This document shows positions 48,635 through 57,361 of a DNA stretch of 64,000 nt, one piece after another. The DNA is from Myxococcota bacterium (GTDB taxonomy: Bacteria; Myxococcota_A; UBA9160; UBA6930). Positions within the stretch are counted from its first letter, which is position 1, and each line of letters opens with the position of its first letter. The stretch spans positions 5,344,001 through 5,408,000 of the forward strand of contig OZ245002.1 of NCBI GenBank assembly GCA_965223415.1, read 5' to 3'. The notes under the pieces are model-generated. The model saw nothing but the letters and a program-made list of their open reading frames with translations. It did not search any database and was not told where the DNA came from. The position numbers were made by a program, and so were the translations under genes.

Positions 48635-50509
48635 GTGCCCGGCCCCGAGCGTCGTCTGGCTGCAATCCTCTTTTCCGACATCGTGGGCTACACGGCCCTG
48701 ATGGCACGGGACGAGACCGCCGGGCTCCGCGCCCGGGAGCGCCACCGCAGCCTCCTGGCCGCCCAGGCCCGCCGCTATCACGGCGAGGTTGTGGACGAGA
48801 ACGGGGACGAGCTGGTGCTCTGGTTCCCGAGCGCGGTGGAGGCCGTGAACTGCGCGCTGGCGGCCCGGGCCGAGTTGGCAGGTGCCTCCGATTTCCAGCT
48901 TCGCATCGGCGTCCACCTCGGCGACGTGATCTTCGAGGGAGGCCGCGTCTACGGCGACGGGGTCAACGTGGCCTCCCGGGTGCGGCCCCATGCCGAGCCG
49001 GGCGGAGTGTGTGTCTCGGAACCGGTCTTCGACTCGGTGAAGAACCAACCTAACGTCGAGGCGACCTCGTTGGGGGAGCACGAGTTCAAGAACGTCTCCA
49101 AGCCCGTGGAGGTGTATTCGCTGCGCGGGGCGGCGGCCGAGCCCGCGGCGGCCACCACGCACTCGGGCCAGAACCGGCTTCGCCTGGTGCTTGCATCAGG
49201 TGGCGTAGTCGTTTCCGTCTTGGTGCTAGCGCTCTGGGCCACCTGGCCTCGCCCTCTGGCCTTCGTGCTGGAGGAGGCGGGTCTCCTGGACATCCCCGAG
49301 AACCCGCCGCTACCGGGCAAGCCGTCCGTGGTCGTGCTTCCATTCGACAATCTGAGCGGCGATCCCGAGCAGGGGTTCTTTGCCGACGGCCTGGTTGACG
49401 ACCTGACGACGGATCTCTCAATCCACCAACACCTGTTCGTGATCTCCCGCAACTCTGCGTTCGCATACAAGGGCAAGCCGATCGACATCAGACAGGTGGG
49501 TCGCGAGCTAGGCGTGCGATACGCGGTGGAAGGGAGCGTCCGCCGCGCCGGAGACCGGATCCGCGTAAACGCACAGCTCGTCGAGGCCAGTACGGGCAAC
49601 CACCTCTGGGCCGAGCGGTACGACCGGGACTTGGCGGACCTCTTCGCGATCCAGTCGGAGATCGTCGAGGAGATCCTCCGCGCGCTGAACGTCCAGCTCT
49701 TGGAGGCCGAGCACGAGCGGGTGAGAGCCAAGCCCACCGAGAACCTGAACGCCTACGAGGCGTTTACCAAAGGCCTTCTCCTCCTGAGGCCTGAGGGAGA
49801 TCGGGGCGTCAGTCGCGACGCGGTCCCTCAGGCGCGGCGGCTCTTCGAGCAAGCGACGAACCTCGACCCCGGCTATTCGAACGCGTGGGATGGCCTGGCG
49901 TGGGTGCATCTGCTCCCCGTAAGACACCAATGGGACCAGGATCTCTCTCGTCTGGACCAGGCGGAAACCTACGTGCGTCGTGCCATCGAGCTGGACCCGT
50001 TCAACGCCAACGCCCACGCTGTGCTCGCATGCGTGGCCTTCGAGCGCGGTGACATCGAGGCACATCGTCGAGCGGTAGAGCGAGCTGTGGAGTTGGCACC
50101 CAGCAATGCCTTCGTCCGTGGCGAACTTGCCATGGCCCGTGTCATGCAGCGCCACATGCTCGAATCCCTGCGGGACCTCAATCTCAGCCTGCGCCTCGAT
50201 CCCACGAGGCGCGACCTCTCGAACACCCCTATCGCCATGGTGATGAGGGCACTGGGACAGAAGAAGGAGGCTGCTTCGATCTGGGAGCGCAGGCGAGCGG
50301 CGGACCCGGACAGCCTCGGGGCTCGCCTCAATCTGGTTGCCCACTACCAGGACATCGGCGAGCACGAGAGGGCACGCGAGATCGTTCCGGAGATCCTTGA
50401 AGTGAATCCCGACTTCCGCGTCGGGCGCGGAATGCGTTCGCTGCGAGAAGCCTTCCCCGAGGAGATGGCGCGTGGCGACGCCCTCCTCCGCGAGGCCGGC
50501 CTCCCATGA
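48635..50509 (+). CDS. Adenylate/guanylate cyclase with TM, TolB-like domain and TPR repeats
   Basis: RRLAAILFSDIVGYT, RIGVHLGDV..GDGVNVASR, PSVVVLPFDNLSGDPEQ, TPR-like AIELDP repeats. Confidence 0.9.
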   Translation: MPGPERRLAAILFSDIVGYTALMARDETAGLRARERHRSLLAAQARRYHGEVVDENGDELVLWFPSAVEAVNCALAARAELAGASDFQLRIGVHLGDVIFEGGRVYGDGVNVASRVRPHAEPGGVCVSEPVFDSVKNQPNVEATSLGEHEFKNVSKPVEVYSLRGAAAEPAAATTHSGQNRLRLVLASGGVVVSVLVLALWATWPRPLAFVLEEAGLLDIPENPPLPGKPSVVVLPFDNLSGDPEQGFFADGLVDDLTTDLSIHQHLFVISRNSAFAYKGKPIDIRQVGRELGVRYAVEGSVRRAGDRIRVNAQLVEASTGNHLWAERYDRDLADLFAIQSEIVEEILRALNVQLLEAEHERVRAKPTENLNAYEAFTKGLLLLRPEGDRGVSRDAVPQARRLFEQATNLDPGYSNAWDGLAWVHLLPVRHQWDQDLSRLDQAETYVRRAIELDPFNANAHAVLACVAFERGDIEAHRRAVERAVELAPSNAFVRGELAMARVMQRHMLESLRDLNLSLRLDPTRRDLSNTPIAMVMRALGQKKEAASIWERRRAADPDSLGARLNLVAHYQDIGEHERAREIVPEILEVNPDFRVGRGMRSLREAFPEEMARGDALLREAGLP

Positions 50510-50718
50510 CCGACCGCCGCCGCGCCGCCATCCGCTCCGCCGACATCGCCGGGACAACCGGGCGACGAGAGCTGTTTGAGCGGCGGAGGGTGTGATGGAC
50601 GGGGTGTCGGTAGACCCCTGTCACCCTTTCGGCAGACCGATGGGGCGCAGAGGCGGACTCCGACAAGCCGTGGACACCCGCACGGCCGCGGGAAAACGCA
50701 ATGAAATCCGACGGCTTG

Positions 50719-50768
50719 TGGCGGGGCGGACGGGACTCGAACCCGCGGACCCCGGCGATAAGGGCCCG
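50719..50768 (-). other. 3' remnant of a tRNA (Asp-like), putative att site
   Basis: Minus strand GCGGGTTCGAGTCCCGTCCGCCCCGCCA (T-arm, acceptor 3' strand, CCA); anticodon arm degenerate; 5' half absent. Confidence 0.7.
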
Positions 50769-50887
50769 GAATCGTGAGGGTTTCTCTCGCGGACCCCGTG
50801 CTCAAGTTGTGCTCAAGGCCTCCCAGGCCGTCGATACCGGAACAGGCTCTCTTGTGGGAGTACGGTCTTGCCGATATGGTCAACCAT

Positions 50888-51133
50888 ATGAAGACCACGG
50901 TAGAGATCCCCGACCCTCTCGCCGAGGAGGCCAAGGCCGTGGCCCGTCGCGAGAAGACGACCCTGCGCGCGCTGATCGAGGCGGGCCTGCGCCACGTGGT
51001 GCGCGACCGGCGGCGCGGAGCGCGCTTCGAACTCCGCGACGCCAGCTTCGGCGGCCGGGGGCTCCAGCCCGAGTTCCGCGACGGCGACTGGCAGCGCATC
51101 CGCGAGGCCGCCTACGAGGGCCACGGCGGTTGA
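50888..51133 (+). CDS. vapB: Type II TA antitoxin, VapB-like
   Basis: MKTTVEIPDPL RHH-like N-terminus; ATATGGT-CA-ACCATAT palindrome over the start (50874-50889). Confidence 0.85.
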   Translation: MKTTVEIPDPLAEEAKAVARREKTTLRALIEAGLRHVVRDRRRGARFELRDASFGGRGLQPEFRDGDWQRIREAAYEGHGG

Positions 51134-51564
51134 TCGCCGTCGACACGAACCTCCTCGTCTACGCGCACCGGACCGAATCGGAATGGCACGAACGGGCCTC
51201 CGCCTGCATCCGCGAGCTGGCGGAGGCCAGGTCGCCGTGGGCCCTGCCCTGGCCCTGCATCCACGAGTTCCTGGCGATCGCCACCCACCCGAGGATCTGG
51301 GATCCCCCGACGCCGACCGAGGCAGCCCTCGATCAGGTCGAAGCTTGGCTCGAGTCGCCGAGTCTGGTGCTCCTCGCCGAGAGCCCGGAGCACTGGAGGG
51401 AACTGCGCGATCAGATCGCGACAGGCCGCATCGCCGGCCCCCGGGTGCACGATGCGCGCATTGCGGCGCTGTGCCTCGAGCACGGAGTCCGCGAGCTCTG
51501 GACCGCGGACCGCGACTTCAGCCGGTTCCCAAGCCTCGCCACCGCGAACCCGCTCGCGGCGTAG
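51130..51564 (+). CDS. vapC: PIN-domain toxin VapC
   Basis: IAVDTNLLVYAH, HEF, VHDARIAA, TADRDFSRF; TTGA overlap with antitoxin. Confidence 0.92.
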   Translation: MIAVDTNLLVYAHRTESEWHERASACIRELAEARSPWALPWPCIHEFLAIATHPRIWDPPTPTEAALDQVEAWLESPSLVLLAESPEHWRELRDQIATGRIAGPRVHDARIAALCLEHGVRELWTADRDFSRFPSLATANPLAA

Positions 51565-51584
51565 CGAAACTGCCGGAGGACGCG

Positions 51585-52193
51585 ATGGCGCAAGAAGAGC
51601 AGCAGAAGATCCGGTCCCGTCTTCGAAGCTACGAGCGAAAGCTCGAGCAAGAGAAAAGGAAGTTCGGCTACTACCACGACGGCGCGGGGAAGCGCTACCA
51701 GATTGCGCCCCACCATATGCTGCTAGGCGACAACGCCGGTGCGCTCGCAGCCTTCGAGTGGTTCGAGCACGAGTTCGATGAAGATATCGGAACGCCCGAC
51801 CACTCGCTTTGTTGGAGCCTCGCGCTCCACCGTGCCGGCAACGAAATCGGCGCTGCCAAGAAGCTGCGGCAGGCCATGCTCAGCAATCTGTACCTCGTTC
51901 CGCACTTGCTCGGTGCGCCGATCTCCGAGCTGGACATCTGGCATGGATCCAGCGACGCGGAGGCCAGGTACGTCGATCACATCCCCGATCAGTATCTCAA
52001 GCTCTGGACCGATGAAGAACGAGAGTGGGCCTCGGGGCTCTACCGAAGCCCCGGCTTCCAGTCCGCCCGCGAGCGGTACATCGAGATCAGCAAGCTCTTG
52101 GACAGCACCCGACCCGGGCCGGAGAGAACTCGTCTGGTCAGGGAGATGCACGAGCTGACCGGTCCGGCTGATCCTTTACTCAAGTCCAGGTAG
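51585..52193 (+). CDS. Hypothetical protein; 3' end runs into the IS481 end
   Basis: GGAGG RBS; 202-aa protein-like ORF MAQEEQQKIRSRL... Confidence 0.7.
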   Translation: MAQEEQQKIRSRLRSYERKLEQEKRKFGYYHDGAGKRYQIAPHHMLLGDNAGALAAFEWFEHEFDEDIGTPDHSLCWSLALHRAGNEIGAAKKLRQAMLSNLYLVPHLLGAPISELDIWHGSSDAEARYVDHIPDQYLKLWTDEEREWASGLYRSPGFQSARERYIEISKLLDSTRPGPERTRLVREMHELTGPADPLLKSR

Positions 52194-53414
52194 ATCGTTT
52201 ACACCTCTCAGACTCCGGTGATCTTCCTGCTGCGCTCGTCGATGCGGCCCAGGATCGTCTCGTAGTAGACGATGCTCCAGATGCCGTCGCCGATCTCTTC
52301 AAGTCCGATGTACTCATCGGCCAGTGCGTTGCTCAGGAAGGGCTGCTTCGCCTTCAGCCGAAACGTCCCGGCCCGGCTCACGCGGCGCACTTCCATCTGC
52401 GCAGGGTACTCCGGCGGCGAGAGGCGACTGGGGTACGGCCGCGGCGAGGGCTCGTAGCGCTCCTCGGGAAACGCTCCACCGAGTGCTTCGTGCGGCCGCT
52501 CCTCGTTGTAGCGTCGACGAAAGGCCTCGAGCATCCGCTGCTGGACGTTGAGGTTCGCGCCAGGCGGGCGGGTCGCCTCGCGTTTGAGGTCCTTGTGCAT
52601 CCTCTCGTGCTGCCCGTTCTGTTGGGGGCTCGAAGGACGGATGCGCTGGTGCAAGATGCCGAGCTTCATCCACCACACGTTGAGTTCGCACAGGCCGTGG
52701 ATCCCGGTCGATGCGAAGGGGGCACCGTTGTCGGTGCGAATCGCCTCGGGAAGTCCGACCTCGCGAAAGAGCTCCCGAAACAGCGGCTTCACGCCCTCGG
52801 TGCGAATCGAGTGCAGCCCGCGGCACATCAGGAGCTTGCGGCTGCAGTGGTCGGTCACGGTCAGCGGGTAGCAGTAGCGACCGTTGCGCATCTTGAATTG
52901 GCCCTTGAAGTCCGCGGGCCACACCTGGTTCGGGTGGTCGGTCGACAGCGACGCAGCGCCGGGATGCGACCACTTCTTCCGACGTCGGTTCTTGCGCAGC
53001 TTGCCGTGGCGATCGAGGATCGCGTTCACCGTGCTTCGCGCGGGCCTCTGCATCTTCGGGTACCGGCGCTCGAGCACCTGCAAGATCTTCTTCGCACCCC
53101 AGCCGTACTCGGCGCGAAGGGCCAGGATCTTGCGCTCCACGCTCGCTGGCGTCCTGTGCGGGCAGCGAGCCGGCGCACGGGACCTCTCCTCCAGGCCGGC
53201 CTCCCCCTCCGACTCGAAGCGCCCGAGCCACTTGTAGCCTGTGGGCCGGGAGACACGATACCGCCGACACAGCTCGCTCATCGACCACTGACCGCTCTCG
53301 TAGTCGCGAACGAACGCCTGCCGCTGCTTCCTTGCATCCGTTTCCATCCAGGGCATCCCCCGGGTGTAAACGATGTCCCTGGACTCCTGTAAAGGATGTG
53401 GCCGGACCGTACCA
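52156..53414 (-). mobile_element. IS481-family insertion sequence
   Basis: Inverted ends with doubled GTCC.G...ATC.TTTAC motifs; no target duplication visible. Confidence 0.82.
52208..53356 (-). CDS. IS481-family transposase
   Basis: MPWMET..., VSRPTGYKWL, WPADFKG, IRTDNGAPF, PQQNGQHERMH, YNEERPHEAL. Confidence 0.93.
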   Translation of the reverse strand: MPWMETDARKQRQAFVRDYESGQWSMSELCRRYRVSRPTGYKWLGRFESEGEAGLEERSRAPARCPHRTPASVERKILALRAEYGWGAKKILQVLERRYPKMQRPARSTVNAILDRHGKLRKNRRRKKWSHPGAASLSTDHPNQVWPADFKGQFKMRNGRYCYPLTVTDHCSRKLLMCRGLHSIRTEGVKPLFRELFREVGLPEAIRTDNGAPFASTGIHGLCELNVWWMKLGILHQRIRPSSPQQNGQHERMHKDLKREATRPPGANLNVQQRMLEAFRRRYNEERPHEALGGAFPEERYEPSPRPYPSRLSPPEYPAQMEVRRVSRAGTFRLKAKQPFLSNALADEYIGLEEIGDGIWSIVYYETILGRIDERSRKITGV

Positions 53415-53426
53415 TCGATAGCCTAA

Positions 53427-53525
53427 CAGGCTGCTGAAATTCGGCGCTGAGAGGCGCCAGAACGCCAGAGGGCGCGGGTACCCGCGGCCCGCTCGGCTCG
53501 CTCTTCCTTCCCGGAAGCGATCCGG
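53427..53525 (-). mobile_element. Isolated right end of the IS5 element found at 28180-29449
   Basis: About 99 bp reverse-complement match to 29351-29449 with ~4 mismatches, next to CTAA. Confidence 0.85.
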
Positions 53526-54287
53526 GGTTGTGTGTTCTCAGAACTTGGTCCACGCTGCTCTCCCGAAGCTCCGACCCGCCAGCTTACCGTGGGGCCCGTG
53601 AGCCTCGACAGCGTTGTGTCTGACCACAGGATCACGCAGGCTCGCCGCCGCTGTGAGGATCCTGCTCTCGTTCCTGCGGAATCACCGAGGTGGCATCGCG
53701 GCGATGGACTTCTTCGTCGTCCCGACCGTGCGCTTCCAGCTCTTGTAGGCTTGGTTCGTCCTCGACCACGGCCGGAGACGAGTCATCCATTTCAACGTCA
53801 TGACGATCCCACGGCAGCCTGGGTGATCCAGCAGCTCCGGGAGGCCTTCCCATCGGACAGCGCCCTTCCCTTTCTGCTCTACGACCGCGACTCGATCTTC
53901 TCGGCCGAGGTCACCGACACGATCCGGAGCCTCGGCATGGAGCCTGTCCGAACGGCGTACCGGAGCCCGTGGCAGAACCCGTTCGCCGAGCGGTGCATCG
54001 GGACCTGCCGGCGCGAGCTGCTCGACCACGTGGTCGTTCTCAGCGAACGGCATCTCCGGCGACTGCTCGCCGACTTCGTCGAGTACGACAACGCCGATCG
54101 CGTTCACACGCGCTTGGAGGACTCACCCGATGGACGCCCCTGCGAGGCCCGGATCTCGCCGAGCACAACGCTCGTCGCGCTCCCTCGCATCGGCGGTCTT
54201 CACCATCGATACGCGTGGAGCCCAGCGGCGTGATTGCGCGGTGCTCGGCCCAGGGATGCCCGCGATGAGTTCTGAGAACAGACAACC
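53526..54287 (+). mobile_element. Degenerate, internally deleted rve-transposase element with 20-bp inverted ends
   Basis: GGTTGTGTGTTCTCAGAACT / AGTTCTGAGAACAGACAACC; remnant AAMDFFVVPT (stop, frameshift)...DRDSIF...SPWQNPFAER...GGLHHRY. Confidence 0.8.
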
Positions 54288-54332
54288 GCAGTCGAACCTG
54301 CTCGCCGGGCGTACCGCGCGTGGTCAGCGCCA

Positions 54333-55112
54333 CTAGCGGATCGACTTGCCGCCGTCGATAACCAGCTCCGCCCCGGTGACGAAGCTACTCTCGTCGCTAG
54401 CCAGCCAGACGATCCCGGCAGCGATCTCCTGCAGCGTGCCGAGCCTTCCGAGCGGAACGGTCTGATCAGCGTACTTGTCGAGGATCGCTTCGCGGGATAC
54501 CTGCGATCCCGGTGCGATGCCCAGAAGCGTGTCCCAGATCGCCGTGTCGACGGGCCCCGGGTGGACCGAGTTGACACGCACACCGTCACGCGCATCTGCG
54601 CACTCCAGGGCGACGGACTTCGTGAAGAGCCGCACGGCGCCTTTCGACGCGCAGTACGCGGATGCGTTGGGAGAAGCCGTGATCCCAGCGATCGACGAGA
54701 CGTTCACGATGCTCCCTCCGCCGCTCGCACGCATCAGCGGCAGTCCGTGCTTCACGCCCAGGAAGACCCCGTCCACGTTCACGCGCATGAGGCGCTGCCA
54801 CTCCGAGAACGACGTATCGACCACGGGCCCCGAGAGGCCGATCCCCGCGTTGTTGACGAGGACGTCCAAGCGACCGAACCGCTCCTCGACGATGCCCACG
54901 ACGGAGCGCCAGTCCGACTCGCTCGTGACGTCGTGCGTCAGGAACGAGATGCTGCCGCCCGCGTCACCGAGGGCCCGCTTCCCTCCCTCGGCGTCGATAT
55001 CGGTCGCGACGAGGGAAGCGCCTTCGCGCAGACACGCCTCCGCAGCACTTCGGCCGATGCCGCTCGCTGCCCCCGTGATCAACGTGATCTTTCCCGCCAG
55101 CCGATCCGCCAC
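54333..55112 (-). CDS. SDR oxidoreductase (cyclic alcohol / 3alpha,20beta-HSD-like)
   Basis: TGAASGIG, NNAG, YCASK, VRVNSVHPG, VTGAELVIDGG. Confidence 0.92.
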   Translation of the reverse strand: MADRLAGKITLITGAASGIGRSAAEACLREGASLVATDIDAEGGKRALGDAGGSISFLTHDVTSESDWRSVVGIVEERFGRLDVLVNNAGIGLSGPVVDTSFSEWQRLMRVNVDGVFLGVKHGLPLMRASGGGSIVNVSSIAGITASPNASAYCASKGAVRLFTKSVALECADARDGVRVNSVHPGPVDTAIWDTLLGIAPGSQVSREAILDKYADQTVPLGRLGTLQEIAAGIVWLASDESSFVTGAELVIDGGKSIR

Positions 55113-55149
55113 TCCGTTCCTCTCCCGGGTTGCCTCTGCGAACGCCACT

Positions 55150-56733
55150 CTATCCGAGCCGGAAGCCCTCGTACCCATTGTCTGCGATCCTGGCACAGCG
55201 GTGCCGATAGCCCTGCCCGACGTAAGGCATGAACACGCGGGGCTTTCCGTCGACGTTCGTCCCCACGTACCAGGAGTCCGTCGTCGGTATGAGCGTACGA
55301 TGGCCGACCTCGGAAACGTGCTCCGCCCACGCGTCCTGAGCCTCCTCATCGGCCTCGACCGTCGAGAGCCCGCGCCGATCGAGGTACTCGATGCATCCCA
55401 TCATCCAGTCCACGTGGTGCTCGTCGTTGTGGAGGACGTTCCCGATCACGGAGGGGCTGCCGGGACCGGTCAGCACGAACATGTTGGGGAAGCCAGCCAC
55501 GGCGATTCCGAGATACGCGCGCGGCCCATCCCTCCACGCGTCCGCCAGGGAGACTCCGCTCCGCCCGCGGATGTCGATGCCGAGTAGCGCGCCCGTCATC
55601 GCGTCGAATCCGGTCGCGAGCACGAGCGCGTCGATCTCGTAGTCGTTCGCGGTGGTCCGCAACGCGTCTCGTGCCAGGCACTCGATCGGCTCCTTGCGGA
55701 GATCGACGAGCGTGACGTTCGGTCGATTGAACGTCTCGTAGTAGCCCGTGTCGAGGCAGATCCGTTTCGCGCCCAGCGGGTAGCGGGGACACAGCACCTC
55801 GGCCGTCGCGGGATCCTCCACCACCTGCCGGATCTTCTCGCGAAGGAACTCGCAAGCCACCTGGTTCACTTCCCGACTCGTGAGCATGTTGGGGTACGCG
55901 AGGAGGATCGCGCCTCCGCCCCGCTGCCAGAACGCCTCGTAGTGCTCGAGCTGTTCTTCCCGCGGCGGGACGGGCGCTTCGAACGCATCCGCGCTCACCC
56001 GCCCTGAGCGCTCGGAGTCGAGTCCCGCCAGATAGAGCGGAAAGTCGGCCTCGAATGCCTCGAGGTCTTCCTCGGTAAGCGGTCGATTCCGGGCCGGGAC
56101 GGAGTAGCAGGGGGTCCTCTGGAAGACCGTCAGGCGATCGGCCTCTCGGGCGACCATCGGAATCGTCTGCACTCCCGAGGACCCCGTGCCGATGACGCCG
56201 ACCCTGAGCCCCGCGAAGTCGACGGGCTCGTGCGGCCAGCGACCCGTGTGATAGATCGGTCCCGCGAAGCTCTCGAGATCCGGGAAATCGGGCTCGCTCG
56301 GCACGGATAGGCAACCGGTGGCCATCACGCAGAAGCGCGCACGAAGCGCCTCACCGCGGTCCGTGCGCACGAGCCAGGTCTCGTCGTCGTCGAACGCGGC
56401 CGACGTGACGCGTGTCTCGAAACGCACGAGGTTCCGCAGTCCCAGGCGTTCCGCCGCGAACCGGGCGTAGGCGAGAATCTCAGGCTGACCGGCATAGAGC
56501 TCGGTCCAGCGCCATTCGCTCCGCAGCTCCGGCGACCAGCTGTAGGAGTAGTAGAGGCTGGGCCAATCGCAGCGGCACCCGGGGTACCGGTTCCAGTACC
56601 ACGTGCCCCCCACGTCGGGAGCCGCCTCGACGCCGACCACCGAAAGCCCCTGCTCCCTCAGCCGGTGCAGCGCGTAGAGGCCTCCGAAGCCCGCCCCCAC
56701 CACTACGGCATCGAATCGCTCCTCTCCGGCCAT
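55150..56733 (-). CDS. Baeyer-Villiger monooxygenase
   Basis: GAGFGG, GGTWYWNRYPG, FAGPIYHTGRWP, ATGFDA. Confidence 0.93.
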   Translation of the reverse strand: MAGEERFDAVVVGAGFGGLYALHRLREQGLSVVGVEAAPDVGGTWYWNRYPGCRCDWPSLYYSYSWSPELRSEWRWTELYAGQPEILAYARFAAERLGLRNLVRFETRVTSAAFDDDETWLVRTDRGEALRARFCVMATGCLSVPSEPDFPDLESFAGPIYHTGRWPHEPVDFAGLRVGVIGTGSSGVQTIPMVAREADRLTVFQRTPCYSVPARNRPLTEEDLEAFEADFPLYLAGLDSERSGRVSADAFEAPVPPREEQLEHYEAFWQRGGGAILLAYPNMLTSREVNQVACEFLREKIRQVVEDPATAEVLCPRYPLGAKRICLDTGYYETFNRPNVTLVDLRKEPIECLARDALRTTANDYEIDALVLATGFDAMTGALLGIDIRGRSGVSLADAWRDGPRAYLGIAVAGFPNMFVLTGPGSPSVIGNVLHNDEHHVDWMMGCIEYLDRRGLSTVEADEEAQDAWAEHVSEVGHRTLIPTTDSWYVGTNVDGKPRVFMPYVGQGYRHRCARIADNGYEGFRLG

Positions 56734-56735
56734 CG

Positions 56736-57358
56736 CTATTCCTCCCGTCCCCGAGTCGCCGCCACTCTGGCTCGCTGGGGCCGCACGGATGCTCGGGACA
56801 TCGCGGACGGCGTGACGAGCACCGCTTCGAGGGGGCCGAGCGTCCCGATCGCCTGGGTGTGGAGCCAGAACTGATAGATCGTATTGAAGGATGCACAGGC
56901 CAGGAACACCAGCCGGGGAAACCCGAGCAGCGCCAACGGCCAGTAGAAGATCGACCCGAAGAACGGCTGGAGGGTGCTCTGACGGAGCGCTACCGCGAGG
57001 TTGTAGTCCTCGCTCTGATGGTGAACCACGTGTGCGGCCCACAGGAAGTTCACCTCGTGGCTCAGGCGATGGAACCAGTAGTACCCGAAATCACCCCGAG
57101 GAAGCACGCAAACCAGGTCCAAGCACTGCCGGTCGAGAGATCGGCGAGTCGGAGATTCGCGTAGATCGCGAAGTAGCCCGCGACGATCAGGCCCCTCGAA
57201 GGCAGCATGGTGAGCTGCATCAGAAGCCCCGTACTGACATCGTTGATCGCGTCGTTGAGCCGGTAGTAGTCTCTGCCGCGGCGGCGTGCGAGCCATATCT
57301 CGACGCCGCTCAGCGCGAAGTAGGCGGGCCCTGCCAGCGCGGTGTAGCTGGGCTCCAT
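56736..57358 (-). pseudogene. Sterol desaturase / alkylglycerol monooxygenase family, frameshifted and truncated
   Basis: YYWFHRLSH, WAAHVVHHQSE, YQFWLHT; 1-nt loss near 57092; breaks after VTPS before the last His box. Confidence 0.85.
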
Positions 57359-57361
57359 GAC

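Noticed and set aside
47935..50768. Functional tRNA genes
   Set aside because: Both lack the 5' acceptor strand and D-arm, so they are reported only as remnants.
47910..53427. GCCTAAC motifs as integron attC sites
   Set aside because: No matching GTTAGGC partner, no cassette array and no integrase; the one at 53421 is an IS5 CTAA target junction.
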